32,000 nt of DNA from Acholeplasma laidlawii PG-8A. Lineage in GTDB: Bacteria > Bacillota_I > Bacilli_A > Acholeplasmatales > Acholeplasmataceae. Positions 26,041 through 32,000 of the stretch are shown piece after piece; positions within the stretch are counted from its first letter, which is position 1, and the number at the start of each line of letters is the position of its first letter. A model generated the notes under the pieces. That model made no database searches, was not told the DNA's origin, and saw nothing but the letters and a program-made list of their open reading frames with translations. The translations under genes and the position numbers were made by a program. The DNA is taken from contig NC_010163.1 in NCBI RefSeq assembly GCF_000018785.1, forward strand, positions 1,230,001 to 1,262,000, written 5' to 3'.

Positions 26041-26805
26041 TTATTTGTTTTTTGCTGCTTTTGTAAATGTTAAGAAGTTTTTATGATCTAATGCTGCGCC
26101 ACCGATTAAAGCACCATCGATGTCTGATTCTTGTAATAGACTTTCGATGTTATCTGGTTTAACAGAACCACCATATAAGATACGTACTTGAGCTGCAACT
26201 TCAGCACCATATAGGTCACTTAGTTTAGCACGTACATCTTTGATTGTATCGTTTGCCATTTGTGGTGTAGCAGTTTTACCTGTTCCGATTGCCCACACTG
26301 GTTCATAAGCCACAATTGTTTTTAATGCTTGTTCTTTAGAAACACCTTCGAATGCTTTGTCTAATTGAACATCTAATACTTCTTTAGTCTTATTTGCTTC
26401 TCTTGTATCTAATTGTTCACCGATACATAAAATTGGAGCTAAGTCATATTTAAATGCAGCATGCATTTTTAAATTTACGTCTTTGTCTGTTTCATTAAAT
26501 AAACTACGACGTTCTGAGTGTCCAATTAAGATATATTCAGCACCAGCAGTTTTTACTTGTGCAGGTGAGTTTTCTCCAGTAAATGCGCCTTCATCAGCAT
26601 AGTGCATATTTTGTGCACCAATACGGATATGTTCGCCTTCACGTTTTACTAATAAGTTTAATAAGATTGCTGGTGCACAAATAATAGACTCAACTTCGTC
26701 TCTACTTGGTACTGCAGCATTTACAGCAAAAATGAATTCTAAAGCCTCATCTTTAGTTTTAAACATTTTCCAGTTTGCTGCAATTACAGGTATTCTTTTT
26801 GCCAT
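26041..26805 (-). CDS. tpiA: Triosephosphate isomerase
   Basis: PVIAANWKMFKT, EYILIGHSERR, AYEPVWAIGTGKTAT, ILYGGSVKPDN. Confidence 0.97.
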   Translation of the reverse strand: MAKRIPVIAANWKMFKTKDEALEFIFAVNAAVPSRDEVESIICAPAILLNLLVKREGEHIRIGAQNMHYADEGAFTGENSPAQVKTAGAEYILIGHSERRSLFNETDKDVNLKMHAAFKYDLAPILCIGEQLDTREANKTKEVLDVQLDKAFEGVSKEQALKTIVAYEPVWAIGTGKTATPQMANDTIKDVRAKLSDLYGAEVAAQVRILYGGSVKPDNIESLLQESDIDGALIGGAALDHKNFLTFTKAAKNK

Positions 26806-26810
26806 CAATA

Positions 26811-27056
26811 TTAACCTAAGATTGAAGAGATGTCTTTAATTGCTTCTTCGGCATGAGGTCCTGATGCAACAATTTTAACGTTCTCACCTTTAGGTACTGC
26901 TAAACTCATTAATCCTAAAATTGATTTGAGATCAACAACTTTGTCTTTATAGTATAATTTGATATCTACAGCATATTTAGATGCTGTTTGGACAACTTTA
27001 GCAGCTAGAGTTGCATGAAGTCCAGCGGTAGATCCGATGATAATTTCTTTTTCCAT
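26811..27056 (-). CDS. HPr-like phosphocarrier protein with variant active site
   Basis: MEKEIIIGSTAGLHATLAAKVVQTASKYAVDIKLYYKDKVVDLKSILGLMSLAVPKGENVKIVASG follows HPr; GLHATLA replaces the usual G(I/L)HARPA. ATG at 27056 fits AAGGAG spacing. Confidence 0.85.
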   Translation of the reverse strand: MEKEIIIGSTAGLHATLAAKVVQTASKYAVDIKLYYKDKVVDLKSILGLMSLAVPKGENVKIVASGPHAEEAIKDISSILG

Positions 27057-27076
27057 AATCATTCTCCTTTATTTTT

Positions 27077-27625
27077 TTAAAACATTGGTGGTGTGGAGAT
27101 CCATAGGATTCTTGCCACACTATTTCCTAAATTTTGTAAGTAGTGTTCTTTATTAGCCATGTAATAAAAGGTTTCGCCTTTTTTTACGATGTGTCTAGTT
27201 TTATTTAATACTAAGGTCACTTGACCTTCTAATACATATCCAAACTCTTCCCCAGGGTGTGAATCATCAATTGTTGATTGACCGCCCGGCATGATTTCAA
27301 TAATAATTGGTTCCATTTCATACTTTAAAGCATTTGGAACAATCCATGAAATTGTAGACCCTAAATCAGGGTTTTCCTTTTCGTAAAAGTCTTCCTTGGT
27401 AAATACGATTTTTGCGTCTTCGCCTTCTGGTTTAGAAAAGAACTCATGTGTTTCAACACCTAGTACTTCAAGCAATGAGAATAATGTTTGAATGGAAGGT
27501 GAAGTTAAATTGTTTTCTAATTGTGAAATATAGCCTTTAGTCAATTCTAAGCGGTTAGCAAGTTCTTCTTGAGTCAGGTTGTTACCAAGTCTGAGTGCTC
27601 TGATTTTCTTGCCGATATCTATCAT
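27077..27625 (-). CDS. XRE-family regulator with C-terminal cupin domain
   Basis: IGKKIRALRLGNNLTQEELANRLELTKGYISQLENNLTSPSIQTLFSLLEVLGV plus PGGQSTIDDSHPGEEFGYVLEGQVTLVLNKTRHIVKKGETFYYMANKEHYLQN. Confidence 0.9.
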   Translation of the reverse strand: MIDIGKKIRALRLGNNLTQEELANRLELTKGYISQLENNLTSPSIQTLFSLLEVLGVETHEFFSKPEGEDAKIVFTKEDFYEKENPDLGSTISWIVPNALKYEMEPIIIEIMPGGQSTIDDSHPGEEFGYVLEGQVTLVLNKTRHIVKKGETFYYMANKEHYLQNLGNSVARILWISTPPMF

Positions 27626-28824
27626 TAGATTACATCTACCAATTCTACACCTGGTAGTACTTTACCTTCTAGATATTCTAAAGATGCACCACCACCGGTT
27701 GAGATGTGACTAAATTTATCTTCAAGACCAAATTTTGCAACCGCTGCTGCAGAGTCTCCACCACCAACGATTGTAATTGCTTTACCATGTAAGTCAGCTA
27801 ACGCTTTAGTTACTTCTAATGTACCATTAGCGAATTTTTCCATTTCAAATACGCCTTGAGGTCCATTCCATACAACTGTTTTAGCACTTGCAATAATTTC
27901 TTTAAATCTTGCTACTGTCTTAGGTCCAATATCTAAGCCCATTTCATCTGCTGGAATTGCATCAAATGATCTTACATTCGTTTCAGTATCTTTATCAAAT
28001 GCTTTACCTGTAACAACATCAAAACCTAATTCAATTTTACCCTTAGATAACTCAAGTAATTCTTTAGCTAAATCTAATTTATCTAATTCTACTAAGGATT
28101 TACCTACTTCAAAGCCTTGAGCTTTTAAGAATGTAAATGCCATACCGCCACCGATTAATACTTTATCAGCAACTTTTAATAAGTTTTTAATCACTTCAAT
28201 TTTATCAGATACTTTAGCACCACCTAAAATCGCAACGAATGGTCTTTCAGGATTTTCTAAAGCACCACCAATAAAGTTAATTTCTTTTTCAAGTAATAAA
28301 CCTGCAACAGAAACTTCCATATTGTTTGCAATACCAACGTTAGAAGCATGTGCTCTATGTGCTGTACCAAATGCATCATTTACAAATACATCCCCTAATG
28401 ATGCCCAGTATTTACCTAACTCTGGATTGTTTTTAGATTCTTTGTTTCCATCTAAATCTTCAAAGCGTGTGTTTTCAAACATTAACACATCACCTGATTT
28501 TAGATTCTTAACTGCAGCCTCTAAAGCTTCACCTCTAGTTTCAGGAATAAATACAACAGGTCTGCCAATTAATTCTGATAATCTAGCAGCAACTGGTTTC
28601 AGTGAGTTTGTTGCTTTATCTTCAGCTGTTTTAATACGCCCTAAGTGTGAGAATAATATTAACTTAGCACCCTTTTCAATTGCATATTCAATTGTAGGTA
28701 AAGCAGCTGTAATACGTGTATCATCTGAGATAGATCCGTCTTTATTCAAAGGAACATTGAAGTCTACGCGCATTAATACACTCTTGTTTTTTAATTCGAT
28801 GTCTCTAATAGTTTTTTTAGCCAT
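27625..28824 (-). CDS. pgk: Phosphoglycerate kinase
   Basis: [75 protein letters not shown]. Confidence 0.97.
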   Translation of the reverse strand: MAKKTIRDIELKNKSVLMRVDFNVPLNKDGSISDDTRITAALPTIEYAIEKGAKLILFSHLGRIKTAEDKATNSLKPVAARLSELIGRPVVFIPETRGEALEAAVKNLKSGDVLMFENTRFEDLDGNKESKNNPELGKYWASLGDVFVNDAFGTAHRAHASNVGIANNMEVSVAGLLLEKEINFIGGALENPERPFVAILGGAKVSDKIEVIKNLLKVADKVLIGGGMAFTFLKAQGFEVGKSLVELDKLDLAKELLELSKGKIELGFDVVTGKAFDKDTETNVRSFDAIPADEMGLDIGPKTVARFKEIIASAKTVVWNGPQGVFEMEKFANGTLEVTKALADLHGKAITIVGGGDSAAAVAKFGLEDKFSHISTGGGASLEYLEGKVLPGVELVDVI

Positions 28825-28914
28825 TTTATTTCTCCTTATGTTAAACGTTTTTCCATGTCATATTATACCATGAACATAAAATTGTTGCCAATAACTTATT
28901 AATTGAAAGTGTAT

Positions 28915-29316
28915 TCATTCTAAACTTACTTTATAATTAAGTACTTTAAATATTAGACTGACTAATCTTTGGTAGCTTTTAGTTGATAAACTGACCTTTA
29001 TTCGGTAAGTTTCATCAAATATAAATTCTATATATTTATCCATATAAATAATTTCTTTTATCTGCATATAATTTATCCAAATACTATCGATATGATGATA
29101 CGACTTTGTCGCAAAAAAAGCATACTTACTACTTAACACAATCGGTATTTTATATTGCTCCTTTGTAATATGACGCACTGATTTTTGATAACTTTCAAAA
29201 CTTGTTAAATGCTTTACACATAGTTTTTTAACCACCGCTAATGCAGAGGTTCCAGATTTTCTTCTATTCGGATAAATGATGCCACCATCTGATTCATTTT
29301 TAATAAAGTAAATCAC
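28915..29316 (-). CDS. ComK-like protein (short, divergent)
   Basis: LCVKHLTSFESYQKSVRHITKEQYKIPIVLSSKYAFFATKSYHHIDSIWINYMQIKEI parallels ComK CRFFGSSYAGRKAGTYEVTKISHKPPIMVDPSNQIFLFPTLSSTRPQCGWISHVHVKEF. GTG at 29316 has better RBS spacing (AAAAAAGGG) than 29325. Confidence 0.6.
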   Translation of the reverse strand: MIYFIKNESDGGIIYPNRRKSGTSALAVVKKLCVKHLTSFESYQKSVRHITKEQYKIPIVLSSKYAFFATKSYHHIDSIWINYMQIKEIIYMDKYIEFIFDETYRIKVSLSTKSYQRLVSLIFKVLNYKVSLE

Positions 29317-29339
29317 ACTTATCACCCTTTTTTAAATCT

Positions 29340-29357
29340 ATTATAAAGTGTTATAAT
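29340..29357. promoter_or_regulatory. Back-to-back divergent -10 elements
   Basis: ATTATAA-AGTG-TTATAAT supplies TATAAT on both strands between the ComK-like and phytoene-synthase-like genes. Confidence 0.45.
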
Positions 29358-29392
29358 GTTACTTGATAGTTATTACGAGAGGGTTTCCAATT

Positions 29393-30103
29393 ATGCTTCA
29401 AGATAAAGATTTTAAACTAATTAAAGATAAAAAGATACGCAATTTATATCAAACTATCTATAGTCACCTAAAACATATTGATCAACTACAGACAGTCGAT
29501 GAACTTAAAGCGCATGAAACGCTTTTTAAAGCATATAAGAATGGCTATACATCAAACCATAAGATGTTTAAAGCATTTCTTAAAGAACACTTATCAAATC
29601 CTTATATTTATATTGATTGGTTCCAAGTATTTATAACCTCTAAAATAGATTATTTAAATAGACCAAAATTAAAACACTTAGATGAACTTTTAAAGTACTG
29701 TGAACTTCAATCCACATTTGGTTATCTATTTTTAATAACAGACACACTTGCTAAACATCATGTGGGATTTATCAATTTAATTTCTAGAATAGATATCTTA
29801 AGTTATATACTTATACATGACCTAGATTTGGATAAAACACATCTACCGTATTATCCTCAAAACCTTATTCAAGATTTCGGTATAGAATATGCCATGGATG
29901 GTCGTTTAATGAAGAATGAAAAGTATATTGCCCTTTGGGAGTATATACACTTTAAAATCCAAGGATTTATTAAAGAACTAGATACTGCTTTAATTCAATT
30001 TCAAGCGCACGAGGTCACATTAATTACATTTTATATAGAACATATTGGCTTAAAACTTAAACAAAAAAGAACATATTTAATGGACTATATAAAAACACTT
30101 TAA
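29393..30103 (+). CDS. Divergent squalene/phytoene synthase-like protein
   Basis: ELLKYCELQSTFGYLFLI...RIDILSYILIHDLDLDKTHLPYYPQNLIQDFGIEYAMDGRLM...YIEHIGLKL resembles the C-terminal half of phytoene synthases (...ILRDVGED...GRIYLP...). ATG at 29393 after GAGAGG. Confidence 0.5.
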   Translation: MLQDKDFKLIKDKKIRNLYQTIYSHLKHIDQLQTVDELKAHETLFKAYKNGYTSNHKMFKAFLKEHLSNPYIYIDWFQVFITSKIDYLNRPKLKHLDELLKYCELQSTFGYLFLITDTLAKHHVGFINLISRIDILSYILIHDLDLDKTHLPYYPQNLIQDFGIEYAMDGRLMKNEKYIALWEYIHFKIQGFIKELDTALIQFQAHEVTLITFYIEHIGLKLKQKRTYLMDYIKTL

Positions 30104-30128
30104 ACTAAATTTTAAGTTTAAAGTGTTT
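30091..30128. terminator. Terminator overlapping the stop of the phytoene-synthase-like gene
   Basis: AAAACACTTTAAACT-loop-AGTTTAAAGTGTTTT; stop TAA lies inside the stem. Confidence 0.7.
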
Positions 30129-30139
30129 TATTTTTATGT

Positions 30140-31366
30140 TTATGAAGTAAATACAGTATCGTGAGCTGCTTGTTTAAGTATTGTCATAATCGTTTCATCT
30201 AAATCAGGATGAATCCAAGTATTTTCAAGTGGTGATCTATTTGTTAGTACTGCATAATGTGTATATGCAGAAAGTAGTGCACCATATAAACTTGGATGGT
30301 TTAAGTCTTGATATAAATTAATCTCTGGATGATTTTGACTTACCCTTTTGAAAGCATAACCTACTGGGGATAGTGTTGCATCTATCTTTGTAGCTACTTG
30401 CTCGTATAACTCACCTAATTGATTAGTCATATTATCACGTGCTAATGTGTCTTCATAGTTATAGCCCCACGTTTGATAAAGTACTGTTTTAGCGCCTTGT
30501 GCTTTGATTTTTTCATCAAACAAGACTACAGCATCTTCAAATTTTTCATAATCTAAGATGGGTCCATTACTATACTCTTGTAAGAATACATGTGTATATT
30601 GGTCTTTATTTATAAGAAAATTAAAGTTTATTTCATGATCTATAATCCATTGTGGTGTTGTACTATCTAATAAGAAGTTTACAACCACATCATCAGCTCT
30701 TAACATTTCATAAATAAAGGTTGGAATGTTATAGGTATATTTTGTTAAACTATTACCAATAAATAAGAGGTTATAAGCTTCAACTTCATCACTGTAAACT
30801 ACTTCAAATTCTATTGTTGTTTGAGTTTGCCAGTCACTAGCAAGATATGCAGTTAAGTTAAAGGTGCCTGCTTTTGAAAATTTGATTTGACCAGTTTTAT
30901 CATCAAAGTCGACAAAACTTGCAGTATAACTATAACGCACATCAGAATCATATGATCTTTCAGGTAAAAAATCCAAGGTCACTTCATATACCTTACCTAC
31001 ATAAAATAAGTCATCAGACTCACTTACAGCACTAAGAACAATACCTTCAACACCTGGTATAGGTAACACATTAAGTTCTTTTTCATAGGTATCTTTTGTA
31101 GAATTAGTTATCTTTATTGTTGTAGTGCCAATACTTAATGCATGAATATTACCAAATTTATCAATGGTTGCTACATCTAAATTACTAGAACTATAAGTAA
31201 ATCTATCTGATAAGTTCTCACTGATTGGATAAATTTGTAATTTATCTCCTTTATATATATAATCCGGTATCTCTACTATAATTTCATAAGAAGTTGAAGG
31301 TTCCTGACAAGACATCAAAAAAAACGATACACTTAGTATGCATATAGCCAGAATAATTTTTTTCAT
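30140..31366 (-). CDS. Lipoprotein with Big-type Ig-like repeats and an SGNH-hydrolase-like domain
   Basis: MKKIILAICILSVSFFLMSC lipobox; SSNLDVATIDKFGNIHALSIGTTTIKITN (Big_2-like); YNLLFIGNSLT and DLNHPS as SGNH block I and Asp-x-x-His. ATG at 31366 follows AGGGGG. Confidence 0.7.
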   Translation of the reverse strand: MKKIILAICILSVSFFLMSCQEPSTSYEIIVEIPDYIYKGDKLQIYPISENLSDRFTYSSSNLDVATIDKFGNIHALSIGTTTIKITNSTKDTYEKELNVLPIPGVEGIVLSAVSESDDLFYVGKVYEVTLDFLPERSYDSDVRYSYTASFVDFDDKTGQIKFSKAGTFNLTAYLASDWQTQTTIEFEVVYSDEVEAYNLLFIGNSLTKYTYNIPTFIYEMLRADDVVVNFLLDSTTPQWIIDHEINFNFLINKDQYTHVFLQEYSNGPILDYEKFEDAVVLFDEKIKAQGAKTVLYQTWGYNYEDTLARDNMTNQLGELYEQVATKIDATLSPVGYAFKRVSQNHPEINLYQDLNHPSLYGALLSAYTHYAVLTNRSPLENTWIHPDLDETIMTILKQAAHDTVFTS

Positions 31367-31414
31367 AAATCCCCCTAAATAATTTGTTATACTCATTATA
31401 CTATATAAAAAGAA

Positions 31415-31450
31415 AACCACCTTATAGATTATAAATTCTATAAGGTGGTT
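31415..31450 (-). terminator. Terminator of the suf transcript
   Basis: AACCACCTTATAGA-loop-TCTATAAGGTGGTT; on the minus strand followed by TTCTTTTTATA. Confidence 0.82.
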
Positions 31451-31462
31451 AGTATGTATCTA

Positions 31463-32000
31463 TTAACCAATAGAGCCTTCCATTTCAAGTTTAATCAACT
31501 GATTTAACTCGACAGCATATTCCATTGGTAGTTCTTTTGAAAATGGTTCAATAAAGCCCATTACAATCATTTCGGTCGCTTCTTCTTCAGTTAGACCACG
31601 ACTCATTAAGTAGAATAGTTGTTCTTCTGAGATTTTTGATACTGTTGCTTCATGTTGTAAGAATACATCAGAGTTTTTAATGACATTAATTGGAATTGTA
31701 TCGGATGTTGAGATACCATCTAAGATGATCGTATCACATTCAATATTAGATTTAGAACCTTTAGCGTTTTTACCAAAGGATACTTTACCACGGTAATTGA
31801 CCTTACCACCACCACGAGCAATCGATTTTGAAATAATGTTTGAAGTGGTATTTGGCGCAACGTGAATCATACGCGCACCAGCATCTTGCCATTGGTCTTT
31901 ACCTGCAAAAGCAATCGAAATTGTTGTACCTTTTGCATGTTCACCTAATAGGATACAAGAAGGGTATTTCATATTTACGTTAGAACCAATGTTACCATCA
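31463..32000 (-). CDS. sufB: Fe-S cluster assembly protein SufB, C-terminal part (continues past the right edge)
   Basis: [71 protein letters not shown]...[46 protein letters not shown]. Confidence 0.93.
   Translation of the reverse strand, partial: DGNIGSNVNMKYPSCILLGEHAKGTTISIAFAGKDQWQDAGARMIHVAPNTTSNIISKSIARGGGKVNYRGKVSFGKNAKGSKSNIECDTIILDGISTSDTIPINVIKNSDVFLQHEATVSKISEEQLFYLMSRGLTEEEATEMIVMGFIEPFSKELPMEYAVELNQLIKLEMEGSIG

Noticed and set aside
28825-28914. Possible cre-like site AAAACGTTTAAC upstream of pgk
   Set aside because: Despite the ACGT core, TG and C positions do not align with the cre consensus (two or more mismatches). The region is explained by a promoter (TTGGCA, 18 bp, TATAAT) and RBS.
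1-32000. CRISPR arrays, transposons, prophage, toxin-antitoxin or restriction/defence systems
   Set aside because: No regularly spaced repeats, transposase or integrase ORFs, long inverted repeats or recognisable defence proteins. Almost all space is occupied by housekeeping genes and short intergenic regions.
1-32000. Recoded TGA (Mycoplasma-type genetic code)
   Set aside because: Housekeeping ORFs such as trpS, tyrS, pgk, pepF and thiI are full length with TGA as stop, so no recoding is required.

Overview
The window is AT-rich, gene-dense bacterial chromosome. All long ORFs stay open under the standard code (TGA as stop). Gene content and protein style suggest a Firmicutes/Tenericutes organism such as Acholeplasma; this is an inference and no search was run. 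It is mostly housekeeping sequence with no rRNA, tRNA, CRISPR array, transposase or prophage module. Recognised loci: gapA (5' end), spx, pepF, T-box+trpS, an EAL-domain protein, T-box+tyrS+lipid kinase, a CcpA-like regulator, rplS-trmD-rimM-khpA-rpsP, an RsuA-like pseudouridine synthase, def, a GH20-like gene set running to thiI, rpsD, a PIG-L/GNAT pair, a redox operon (double-thioredoxin protein, TrxR-like flavoprotein, Cys-containing membrane protein), a pgk-XRE/cupin-HPr-like-tpiA operon, a ComK-like gene, a phytoene-synthase-like gene, an SGNH-like lipoprotein and the 3' end of sufB. The best candidates for something undescribed are: (1) the three-gene redox operon, whose upstream region carries two copies of TATACC-N6-GGTATA exactly 99 bp apart, each overlapping a possible -10 at the same offset; (2) an HPr-like protein with His15/Ser46-type residues but no canonical Arg-Pro after the His, encoded in a glycolytic operon, together with a CcpA-like regulator and cre-like palindromes; (3) a short ComK-like protein divergent from a degenerate squalene/phytoene-synthase-like protein; (4) a membrane EAL protein with intact catalytic motifs and a degenerate GGDEF-like region.
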